A stretch of DNA of 64,000 nucleotides from Terriglobia bacterium (lineage in GTDB: Bacteria; Acidobacteriota; Terriglobia; JAJPHL01; JAPKYU01). The notes under the pieces were generated by a model. The model did not search any database, was not told the origin of the DNA, and saw only the letters and a list, made by a program, of their open reading frames with translations. The position numbers and the translations under genes were made by a program. Positions 50,440 through 59,237 of the stretch are shown one piece after another; within the stretch, counting starts at the first letter, position 1, and every line of letters begins with the position of its first letter. Location of the stretch: assembly GCA_965223005.1 (NCBI GenBank), contig CBDCVK010000010.1, positions 800,001 to 864,000 on the forward strand. The letters run 5' to 3'.

Positions 50440-50584
50440 GTAGCTTTCTGCTTTTTCCTTGCTCTACCTTGTCCTATAATCTCGGCAGCTTCCCTGGGAG
50501 TTCTCTCGCGCTCCATCCAACACTAAGCGGGCACTAAGCGGGAGGTTCGGCGGTGGGTGGTATGGTCGGCGAAGGAGCCGGGTC

Positions 50585-53500
50585 ATGAAGCAATCACAGA
50601 AGCTTCCTACCCCTTTGGGCCTCTGGCTGGCGGTGAGCTTCTGCATGGCCACGGTGGCGGTAGCGCAATCGGGGCTTGAAAGGGCGCGCGCCCGTCAGCA
50701 GGCCGGCCAGACGGCGCAACTGAGGGCGGCTGTCGCCGAAGTGCTTCGCCAGAGCCCGCAAGATCCGGAAGTTCTGCTGGCCGCCGCCGAATTGCTGGAT
50801 TTGTCCGGGTCGCCCGACCGCGCCCAAGCCTATCGACGCGTGCTGGAGGTGGCCCCGTCTCCGGAAAGCCCGGAGGTGAAGGCTGCCCGGCGCCGATTGA
50901 TTCTGCTTTATCTGCAGGCAGGCAAGTATCCGCAAGCCCAGCACGAATTAGAGGTCTACCGCCGCGCGGGCGGATCGGACCTACCGGGCTGGTCGGATGC
51001 GGCGACTGCCCCGCGCCTGCCTGTGGGGTACATTGAGATCCCTGGCCCGCTACTTCCCTTCCAGCGCATGGCCGCAGTTCGCCCCCAAACTCCGCCAGAG
51101 GAGCTGCTGCCGGCACTGGCGCGCAACTTGGTCTCCATCGGCCACCAATATTCGCACCTGTACATGAAGATCGCGCCCACGGAGTATCTCAGGTTGCTGC
51201 TGGGCTATCTGGCACAGGCGCGCCAGCTGCAAGCGCTGGCAGACAGCGACGGGCTTCTACGCTTGAACGAATGCGAACAGGCCGGACCGCTGCTGCAAAT
51301 TCTGGGATACCGGCTGCGTGGAGCTGGCTGTGCCGCCGGGCCGAAAGCCGGCCTGGAAGTGGACGACCCGGTTCGCGCCTTCCTTACCTCCGACTCTGCT
51401 TTTCCCCTGGTGCAACTGGAAGAAGCCATCCAGGGCAAACGTCCTTTCGAGCATTCAGTGAGCTCCACTCAGGTGCCTGTGCTGCTGGGACCCGAGGCGT
51501 GGATGAAACCCGGCACGCCCTGGATTGACGCTCTCCTGGAAGACCGGCTGCTGGCCCGATTCTACGTCGCACTGTCGCGTCTTCCGGCGTCCACTCTGGA
51601 AGCGCTTCGACAGGATGCCACCATGGAACAGCTGAAGCCGCTCAGTCCGGTGCTGGATTTCTACGGCAGGATGTTGCGAGTGCAAGGCGGGAGCGTGGTA
51701 GTACCCGGGGGTGCCGCCGCCAATCAGGGCTGGAAAGGGTTGACGGACTCTCGGCCTGACCGCCCGGGCGCGTTTCTGCTCAAGCTTCTGGAAAAGGACA
51801 GCGGCTGGCTGGCCGCTTATTTAGATGCGCTGTCTCGCACTGGCCCCGCCTCGCAGAGTTACTTCACCGCCGACAAACGGCTGGCGCGCTTCTACAGCGC
51901 CCTTCGGGGCAAGGACGCCACACCCGGTCCGGCCAGGCCGGTCTTCCGGAATAGCGCCCCACTGCTGTTTCTGGTCACACGCTTGCGCGTGCAGGCCGAT
52001 GGCCGCCCATTCCTGCCCGGCGGAGTCGAGACGTGGAATTCTATCTTCCGCCTGCGGCCGGCCAAGTCCGGTGGCAAGAGAGGCCGCGCCCGCCTGCGCG
52101 ATCCGGATGACGTGGTTGAAGCCCTGTTCGGCCACGTGCGTGAAGCCGATGAGAATGGCCTGCTCAATGTCTTCCTGGCGATCAACGAAATCGACCGGCT
52201 GCGCGCCAAGCCGCTCGCCCCAGACACGGTCCTGCTGCTGATGACGCAATACCCGCGCTTCAGCCAGCATTACTTTTTGTTCGCCGAATGGCCCCACCTG
52301 TCGGATTCCACCATCGAGCGCTTCCTGGAAGTCCTGGAATCGCTGACCCAGATCAAGGAGCCGCTGGTGCGCGCCGATGGCCTCGGCTCCCTGCAGGCAG
52401 TGGTCGCCTTATGGGAGATCCTGGCCCGGCAGGAGGAAATCCCGGAATCGAAGCTCGAGCCGACGTTGCAGCGACTGATTGAGCCCTTTGCCGATGCCGA
52501 CAAAGCCGAGGAGGTGCTGGATGCCGCACGCAAGGCTGTACAGACGCTTCTCTCCTTCGCTCCGCCCGAACCCAGCTCCCTGCAGGAGAAGATGATTGGC
52601 TTGCTGGCCGCTCCCTCTGGCCTGGATGGAACGGCGCAGCGGGCGCGCGACGAGGTAGCGGGGCGCATCCGGGTTGCTTTGGATGCCCAACACCTCGTCC
52701 CGCTGGACACCCTGTTTACTCTGGCCGAGCAACTGGAGCATGCGGCCACGACCCAGTCCCGTCCCGGCCCGGAGTTCACCCAGTTGGCCTCGCGCCTCAA
52801 GGAACTGAATTTGCCCAACCCCTTTCCTACGGCTGTGGAAAGGAGGGCAGCCTTCTTCGGCTATTGGGCTGAGCGGCACATCAACGCCGAACGCGAAGCC
52901 GACTTGGCAGGGGTAGCCAAGCTCGAAAATCCCGAGAAGCTGGCTCGGGCCCTCGGCCTGCTGGCCCCGCATCTACGCGATACACTGGTCGGGCTGGTCT
53001 ATGCCTATTACGCGCCACCGGGCTCGATGGTGCTTCACCACAACCCGTTGTTTGTCCGTTCTCACGATTTTCTGGGGGACTCGGGGCGGGGCACGGGAAA
53101 CGAGGTCCGGGGCCCCGGTCACATCTACGGCCTGGGCTGGCCCTGGAGCGGCGGCGGTCGCTTCATCGGCTCGCTTTCCGGCGTGGCCTATGCGTTGGCA
53201 GATGCCGAAAAGGATTTCCTGGTGCCGCAGCAAACCCAGTCGCTGATCTGGGGAGACCTGGCTCCGCAGATGCTGCTTTCCTCAGTCGTGCCGCGTTGGT
53301 GGCGTGTCTCGGCTCGCACTCAGCACTGGGTGGCACTGCACCTCCGTCTGGGTCAGGACCTTTTGGCCGAGGCGGCCGCTTCCGTTGAGGCTCGGCAAAT
53401 AGTGCTGAATGCTTTGCCGCCCATGGAGGCGCAGCGGCGGGAGCGCATCGAAGCCGAACTGGCGCGGGGCCGCGCCGCCCATGCCCTGCGCCTGGTGAAC

Positions 53501-54001
53501 CCCGCCGAACTCTACCAGTTCTCCCGGAATCTGCTTGCAGCGGCCAGCTCCGCAGCCGGTGCGAAGTTGGCGCGGCGGGTGGGACCGGCGGCCGCCGCCT
53601 TAGAGCAGATGTCCCGGCAGTTTCCCCAGGAGGCTTCAGAGGCAGCTGCCAGCTCTGCCTTCGGCGTGCCGCATCCCAAAATCGCCCGTTCCTACCGGCC
53701 GGAGCTTTTGCATCTCCCTCTCTTTCCCGCTCTGATGGGTTACTCCAGCCGGTTGCTGGCTGAATCCTGGGAATCCAGCAATCTGTATTGGGCGCAACTG
53801 GCCGACGAGCTGGGTTTGCCTCCGGCCGAGCTGAATCGGATTGTGCCGCAACTGACCCGGCGAATGCTGGAACGCATTTTTGCTAATCACCTGGAAGACT
53901 GGCCGGCAATGTTGACCGCCATGCGCGCGACCGGTGAGGAGTTTCGGCGCAAGGCTCTAGCCGAAGCGGCCTCGCCCGCGCTGGCCGCGGCCGGGCCATG
54001 A
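50585..54001 (+). CDS. Large secreted hypothetical protein with an N-terminal TPR-like region
   Basis: 1138-aa ORF with a signal peptide and a helical N-terminus; C-terminal SSRLLAESWESSNLYWA; directly upstream of the VWA gene. Confidence 0.8.
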   Translation: MKQSQKLPTPLGLWLAVSFCMATVAVAQSGLERARARQQAGQTAQLRAAVAEVLRQSPQDPEVLLAAAELLDLSGSPDRAQAYRRVLEVAPSPESPEVKAARRRLILLYLQAGKYPQAQHELEVYRRAGGSDLPGWSDAATAPRLPVGYIEIPGPLLPFQRMAAVRPQTPPEELLPALARNLVSIGHQYSHLYMKIAPTEYLRLLLGYLAQARQLQALADSDGLLRLNECEQAGPLLQILGYRLRGAGCAAGPKAGLEVDDPVRAFLTSDSAFPLVQLEEAIQGKRPFEHSVSSTQVPVLLGPEAWMKPGTPWIDALLEDRLLARFYVALSRLPASTLEALRQDATMEQLKPLSPVLDFYGRMLRVQGGSVVVPGGAAANQGWKGLTDSRPDRPGAFLLKLLEKDSGWLAAYLDALSRTGPASQSYFTADKRLARFYSALRGKDATPGPARPVFRNSAPLLFLVTRLRVQADGRPFLPGGVETWNSIFRLRPAKSGGKRGRARLRDPDDVVEALFGHVREADENGLLNVFLAINEIDRLRAKPLAPDTVLLLMTQYPRFSQHYFLFAEWPHLSDSTIERFLEVLESLTQIKEPLVRADGLGSLQAVVALWEILARQEEIPESKLEPTLQRLIEPFADADKAEEVLDAARKAVQTLLSFAPPEPSSLQEKMIGLLAAPSGLDGTAQRARDEVAGRIRVALDAQHLVPLDTLFTLAEQLEHAATTQSRPGPEFTQLASRLKELNLPNPFPTAVERRAAFFGYWAERHINAEREADLAGVAKLENPEKLARALGLLAPHLRDTLVGLVYAYYAPPGSMVLHHNPLFVRSHDFLGDSGRGTGNEVRGPGHIYGLGWPWSGGGRFIGSLSGVAYALADAEKDFLVPQQTQSLIWGDLAPQMLLSSVVPRWWRVSARTQHWVALHLRLGQDLLAEAAASVEARQIVLNALPPMEAQRRERIEAELARGRAAHALRLVNPAELYQFSRNLLAAASSAAGAKLARRVGPAAAALEQMSRQFPQEASEAAASSAFGVPHPKIARSYRPELLHLPLFPALMGYSSRLLAESWESSNLYWAQLADELGLPPAELNRIVPQLTRRMLERIFANHLEDWPAMLTAMRATGEEFRRKALAEAASPALAAAGP

Positions 54002-54037
54002 GAGCGCTATCAAGGTGTAGCATGATCAAGATGTAAC

Positions 54038-55066
54038 ATGCGACGTGCCCTCAAAAGCGTTTGCCTCCCGATTCTGCTGCTGGCGTCGCTCGCCTGGCCT
54101 GACCCCCAGGAACAGCCCCGCCAGGCGGTCTACCGCGTGGAAGTGGACCTGGTCCAAGTTACGGTGGCCGTCACCGATCCCGGCGGACGCTACATGCGGG
54201 GCTTGCGTCCCGGCGATTTCCACATTTATGAGGATGGCGTCCTGCAGAAGCTGGCCATGTTCAGCGAGGGTGGCGCCTTGCCCGAGTCGGTATGGGAAAT
54301 CGAAGAGCGCGAGCGGGAGACAGGCCGCCCGGTGCCTGCGGTGGTCGCCGGATCCCACGTCTTTATCCTGTTCGACACCAGCAACTTCATGTATCGGGGC
54401 TTTTTTGTCCACGCCCAAGACGCCGTTACTCAATTCATCCGCAGCCTGAACATACACGATTCCATCGCAGTGTACGCTTTCAGCCGCAACTTGCTGCGGG
54501 CCTGCCCACCGACGCTGGATCGGCGCCGTGCCCTGCTGGCGCTGCGCCAGCTCGTCGCCGGTGCTGACACCGCCCTCTACAACGCCCTGCTACTTACTCT
54601 TCAAGATGCAGCTCGGGTGTCGGGCCGCAAGGTGGTGGTGGTGTTCTCCAACGGACCTGACGTCGGCAGCATCGTGTCGCCCGAGGCGGTGCGCGAACTG
54701 GCCGAGAATGAAGGCATCCCCATCTACATCATCAGCACCCAGGATGCCAACAGGGACAAGGTCTCGACTACTGTCTTCCGGCGTCTGTCAGGGCGCACGG
54801 GCGGCCAAGCCTACATGGCCAACACCTGGGGGGAGCAGACAGAGGCCTTCAAGGCGATCGGCCAAGATGTCAGGCACCTCTACCTGTTGAGCTACTATCC
54901 AGCGCTCAATGCCAAGCGGGGCTGGCGCAGCATCACCGTGGAACTGGCCGACGAACAGGCCAAGAAGTACCGTATCCGCACTCGCAGCGGCTACCGCTCC
55001 AAGGTACGGACGGCCGACCGATTTGGGCTGGGGAGCTCTCCCACAGGTGCAGCCAACAGCCCGTAA
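54038..55066 (+). CDS. VWA domain protein (acidobacterial VWFA-related type)
   Basis: RVEVDLVQVTVAVTD..DFHIYEDG, DTSN (partial MIDAS), TALYNA, TGG.AY, Y.LSYYP, RTRSGY. Confidence 0.88.
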   Translation: MRRALKSVCLPILLLASLAWPDPQEQPRQAVYRVEVDLVQVTVAVTDPGGRYMRGLRPGDFHIYEDGVLQKLAMFSEGGALPESVWEIEERERETGRPVPAVVAGSHVFILFDTSNFMYRGFFVHAQDAVTQFIRSLNIHDSIAVYAFSRNLLRACPPTLDRRRALLALRQLVAGADTALYNALLLTLQDAARVSGRKVVVVFSNGPDVGSIVSPEAVRELAENEGIPIYIISTQDANRDKVSTTVFRRLSGRTGGQAYMANTWGEQTEAFKAIGQDVRHLYLLSYYPALNAKRGWRSITVELADEQAKKYRIRTRSGYRSKVRTADRFGLGSSPTGAANSP

Positions 55067-55237
55067 GCCCCCGTGTCCGGACCTCTGGGTCGTCATGGAC
55101 GACGGCGCCCGGCGAGGAGGCCACAGAGCGAGACGCCTTCTACAGTCACAAGTCTCTGCGGTGCGGGAGTGCTGCCGTCACATGATCTCGCGTAAACATC
55201 AGGTCAAGCGCGAAAATTCTGCTCGCAGGAGAGGTGG

Positions 55238-56515
55238 TTGATGAGACGAGTTGCATGGTTCCGGCGTGTACCTCCACGCAATCTGTGTCTATGCGTTGAA
55301 GTCGCCTTGATCTGGGCTGCTCTGACCCTATGTGGCGTCGCTGCCGACTGGCCGCAGTTCGGCGGGCCCCACCGCAACTTCACGACAGATTCCCAGGGCT
55401 TAGCCTCATCCTGGCCGCCGGAGGGCCCGCGCCACGTCTGGAGCCGCCAGTTGGGGGACGGTTACTCCGGCATCACTGCGGATGACGGCACCCTGTTTAC
55501 CATGTATCGCAAGGGGGAACAGGAGGTCGTCATCGCCTTGGACGCCGGGACGGGCAAGACGCTCTGGGAGCACGCCTACGCGGCACCCTTTCTCAGCTGG
55601 ATGGATATGAAGCACGGTCCAGGCCCTCACTCCACCCCGCTGGTGGCAGGCGCGCGTGTGTTCACCGTGGGAGTCACCGGGAAGTTCTTCGCACTCGACA
55701 AGAAAACCGGAAAGGTGGATTGGTTCCACGACCTCTACCGGGATTTCAATATCGACCAAAGGAACCGCGGTTTCTCCTGCAGCCCCATTGCTTACCGGAA
55801 CACGGTGATCCTGCAAACCGGGGGCGTGGGCAACGCCATCATGGCCTTCCGGCAGACGGACGGTGCCGTGGCCTGGAAAAAGCAGAGTTTCTCCAGCTCT
55901 GCTTCCTCTCCCCTGCTGATTCACTTCGCAGGCCAGGAACAGCTGGTGGTGTTCATGGCGAAGCAGGTCGCTGGCCTGGACCCCGGCAACGGCGACCTGA
56001 TTTGGACGATCCCCCACCGGATCAGAAATGGCCTGAACATCAGCATGCCCGTGTGGGGGGAAGGCAACCTGTTGTTTTGCTCCTCGGCATATGACGGAGG
56101 GAGCCGTCTCATCAAGCTGATCAAGGTGGCCGGCAGAACTGTGGCAAGCAATATGTGGCACACCAACCAGATGCGTGTGCACATCGGGAGCATTCTGCGG
56201 CTGGGCGACTACGTGTACGGTTCCAGTGGCGACTTCGGGCCAGCCTTCATCACCGCCCTCAATGTGCGCACCGGCAAGGTCGCCTGGCGGGATCGCAGCT
56301 TTGCCAAGGCCAACCTGGTTTATGCCGATGGAAAACTCATCATTTTGGATGAGGACGGCCGCCTCGCTCTCGCCACAGTCTCCCCCGAAGGCCTGAAGGT
56401 TCTCTCCCAGGTGGATTTGCTGGAGAGCAACTGCTGGACAGCCCCCTCCCTGGTCGGCAGGACCCTCTACGTCCGCGACAGAAAGAGCATCGTGGCTCTG
56501 GACCTGGGGGGCTAG
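55238..56515 (+). CDS. PQQ-binding-like beta-propeller protein
   Basis: DWPQFGGP.RN, repeated ALD..TGK..W, STP/CSP/SSP blade motifs, WTAP..LYVRD. Confidence 0.9.
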   Translation: MMRRVAWFRRVPPRNLCLCVEVALIWAALTLCGVAADWPQFGGPHRNFTTDSQGLASSWPPEGPRHVWSRQLGDGYSGITADDGTLFTMYRKGEQEVVIALDAGTGKTLWEHAYAAPFLSWMDMKHGPGPHSTPLVAGARVFTVGVTGKFFALDKKTGKVDWFHDLYRDFNIDQRNRGFSCSPIAYRNTVILQTGGVGNAIMAFRQTDGAVAWKKQSFSSSASSPLLIHFAGQEQLVVFMAKQVAGLDPGNGDLIWTIPHRIRNGLNISMPVWGEGNLLFCSSAYDGGSRLIKLIKVAGRTVASNMWHTNQMRVHIGSILRLGDYVYGSSGDFGPAFITALNVRTGKVAWRDRSFAKANLVYADGKLIILDEDGRLALATVSPEGLKVLSQVDLLESNCWTAPSLVGRTLYVRDRKSIVALDLGG

Positions 56516-56550
56516 CCCAGCGACCGGCCGGGGGAGACAGGGTGGATTGG

Positions 56551-57687
56551 CTACTGGTTAACGGCGGGGAGGGCCAGCTGGGCTTCGAGCTGCCGAATCT
56601 TGGCTTCCAGCGGCGAGGGTGCCGGGTCCAGGGCGGCGGCCCGTTTTAGGTAGTTGAGCAAGCCAGTGCGGGAGTCCGTTGGCAGCTCGAGCTTCTTCCC
56701 GCGGTGCAAGGCGTAGGCACGGTTCTTCTCAATCAGCAAACAAGCCAGTCGCCCGCCGTAGAATATCGCCATGCCTACATCGATCAAGATGACACGACCT
56801 CCGAATCGGGGCATGACCGCTCCGGGGGTAGCCGAGTGGGCTACGACGATTCTATCGCAACCGTAGTTACTCAACACCGTCTCCAGATGGAACTCCAGCG
56901 CCCCCTCATCGCTTCCCGCCAGTCCTCTGTACCACAGGGGCCCTTCTTCATCCATCACGACTCCACCTCGAAGCTGGCTCCATTCTCGGAGTTCCTCCCG
57001 AACCCGCTCATTGATTCGGCGGATGGAATGGTTTGCGTATTTCGGGCTGACCCCGCCATGCAAAAAGATCGTGTCGTTAATCTGAATCGCAGTGTTGTGA
57101 CGCCGAATCCACTTTCCGTATTTCCCGTTGGACCCGAAATGGTAACGGTGCTGGAAATATCCGAGTGGATGCCGGGACTCCCACTGTTTGCGGTAAGCTC
57201 CATCGAGAGCAGGTAGTCCTTCCGGCGGAGGGGATTCCTTCATCTTTTTGATATGCTGGTTATAGAAGAGATCGCGCCTCTTTTCCGATTTGTCATCGCG
57301 AAATGCGGCATACTCCTCAGGCGAAACATAGCGAAGATCGCCGTACATATTCATCGCCTCGTGATTGCCGATCAGGGCGTGCACATCGCCCCCGGCTTTG
57401 CGGGCCTCCCGTTCCAGCCGCATCAGCAAGTCCATCACCTTGCGCGACTCTGGTCCCCGATCTACGACGTCGCCGGTCTGTACCAGATGGGTCTTTCCTC
57501 CGGTCCATTCCTCCTTTGCATTGATGAGGCCGGTTGCGTCAAGGAGAGCGACAAATTGCTCATAGTCCCCATGGACGTCTCCGATCGCCACGATCCTCTC
57601 CACTCCCTTCCAGACGTCCTGAGCGGCCACCGCCCAGTCGGCTGGCAAGGTAAGGAACAGGAGCAGAATCAGCGGGCGAAATAACAT
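56551..57687 (-). CDS. Secreted metallophosphoesterase (PPP/Shewanella-like phosphatase)
   Basis: GDVHG, GDVVDRG, GNHE, HGG, GPLWYRG; signal peptide. Confidence 0.92.
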   Translation of the reverse strand: MLFRPLILLLFLTLPADWAVAAQDVWKGVERIVAIGDVHGDYEQFVALLDATGLINAKEEWTGGKTHLVQTGDVVDRGPESRKVMDLLMRLEREARKAGGDVHALIGNHEAMNMYGDLRYVSPEEYAAFRDDKSEKRRDLFYNQHIKKMKESPPPEGLPALDGAYRKQWESRHPLGYFQHRYHFGSNGKYGKWIRRHNTAIQINDTIFLHGGVSPKYANHSIRRINERVREELREWSQLRGGVVMDEEGPLWYRGLAGSDEGALEFHLETVLSNYGCDRIVVAHSATPGAVMPRFGGRVILIDVGMAIFYGGRLACLLIEKNRAYALHRGKKLELPTDSRTGLLNYLKRAAALDPAPSPLEAKIRQLEAQLALPAVNQ

Positions 57688-57863
57688 GGGTTACTCTCCA
57701 AAACCGTGCGTCTCGCCATAACCTCCTCCGACTCAAAATGCAGTCCGAGTCTTCTAACCAAAAGTGTACTGCAATTCAAGGGACCTGATCGAATCGTTGT
57801 CGATTCGGTTGTGGATTCTTACACTCGAGTTCGGTAAGCACCAGTATGCACCGTGCAGCGCGA

Positions 57864-57960
57864 CCTGTTTAGGGCTAATGCCTGTTTACTAATGCCTGTT
57901 TAGGGCTAAACTAATGCCTGTTTAGGGCTAAACCAATGCCTGTTTAGGGCTAAACCAATG
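57864..57960. repeat. Tandem array of five CCTGTTTAGGGCTAAACYAATG-type units (17, 14, 22, 22, 22 bp)
   Basis: Read directly from the sequence; each full unit contains the palindrome GTTTAG-GG-CTAAAC. Confidence 0.9.
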
Positions 57961-57973
57961 AAAGATAACCGCC

Positions 57974-58050
57974 GCCCCTGTAGCTCAGATGGACAGAGCA
58001 GCGGTTTCCTAAACCGTTGGTCGGGAGTTCGAGTCTCCCCAGGGGCGCCA
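57974..58050 (+). tRNA. tRNA-Arg(CCT)
   Basis: 77 nt; acceptor stem GCCCCTG/CAGGGGC, anticodon arm GCGGT-TT-CCT-AA-ACCGT, T loop GTTCGAGTC, encoded CCA. Confidence 0.96.
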
Positions 58051-58080
58051 GTTTTCTAGTTGTGTTAGCAAAGGGTTGGC

Positions 58081-58360
58081 GTGAGCCGACTCAAGGAAGG
58101 CGCTTTGTCACGGCAACAGAAGGAGTCCATCGCCCTGGTTTGTTCGGCGGCTCGCCTGAGCACCTATTGCGTGACCATTCATTGCGAGATGATGCGAACG
58201 ATGGGTGTGACCGACCCGGAGCTGGAGCAGGTGGCGGTGGATCATCACTACGCTGATATTTCCGAAGCGGACAAGGCCCTGCTGGATTTCGCGCTCAAAC
58301 TGACCGAGCGGCTGCCCGAAACGGACGGGAAGGACATTGAGGCGTTGCGCCAACACGGCC
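58081..58360 (+). pseudogene. Internal fragment of an AhpD/peroxidase-related gene
   Basis: LSRQQKESIALVCS..STYCVTIH..DKALLDFALKLT..DIEALRQHG; both termini are missing. Confidence 0.65.
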
Positions 58361-58395
58361 GGGCGGAATGCCGGACTGCCGCGACACGCGGCAGT

Positions 58396-59237
58396 CTACT
58401 GCACGGGGATGGTGACGGTGTTAGCCGGCACGTTGTTGATGATGATTTCGACCTCCTGCGTGCCCGGCGGCACGCCCAACGGCACCTGTACATTCACCTG
58501 GTAGAGCCCCACAAATCCTGGGGCTAGGCCGGAGAAGCTCACCTGGGCAGGTAGGCCGGCAATGTTCACCAGCGGTGTGCTGACCGTTCGCGCCAGCGGC
58601 TCAGCGGTAGGTGCAATCTGGCCGGACTGGACTTCGGGCTGGACCAGACCGAGTCCAGTGCAAAAGATCAGCAGGAACTCTCCCGGCAGTGCCGGGGCGC
58701 TCTCGCTGACCGGCTGGAAATCTGCCGCGTGGAGGATCGCGCCAACGCCGGTGCCCTGCTGGTTCAGCGTAAAAATCCCTGGTGAAACGGTTGCGATCCC
58801 GATCGACCGCGTCTCGCTCGATACTGTGCCCCGCGTCACCTGCACCGAGACCATACCCGGTCCGGCCATCAACTCAAACGGGACCTGCGCATTGATCTGT
58901 CCCGGACCCACGAAGTACAGCGGGGCGGCAATGTTGTTGAACGTTACGCTGGTATCCCCCAGGGTGGTGGGAAGAGGTACAACCGTCGCCCCCTGCGTAT
59001 CGCCGGCCAAGTCCGCGCCAAAAAGGGCCACAATTGCGCCCGGGGCGATGGCTCCGTTGGGGTCCGTCGCCGGCCGAAAGCTGGAGCCGTTGACTACAGA
59101 GTTGGCTGGCAGTGTTGGGACCGCGGTTTTCGAGGTGATCGTCAGCGTCACCGGCACTGTCGTCGTCGGTCCGAAAATCGTACTGGTGCAGAACCGCGAA
59201 GGCGTGATCACGATGCCGCTGTTATAAGTGCCGGGCC
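58396..59237 (-). pseudogene. C-terminal fragment of a BACON/TIGR03437 protein
   Basis: PGTYNSGIVIT..VPVTLTI..VVNGSSF..APGAIVALFG..QINAQVP..GLAPGFVGLYQVN; no signal peptide or start context. Confidence 0.8.

Noticed and set aside
57864-57960. CRISPR array
   Set aside because: The repeats are contiguous with no unique spacers, and no cas genes are in the window.
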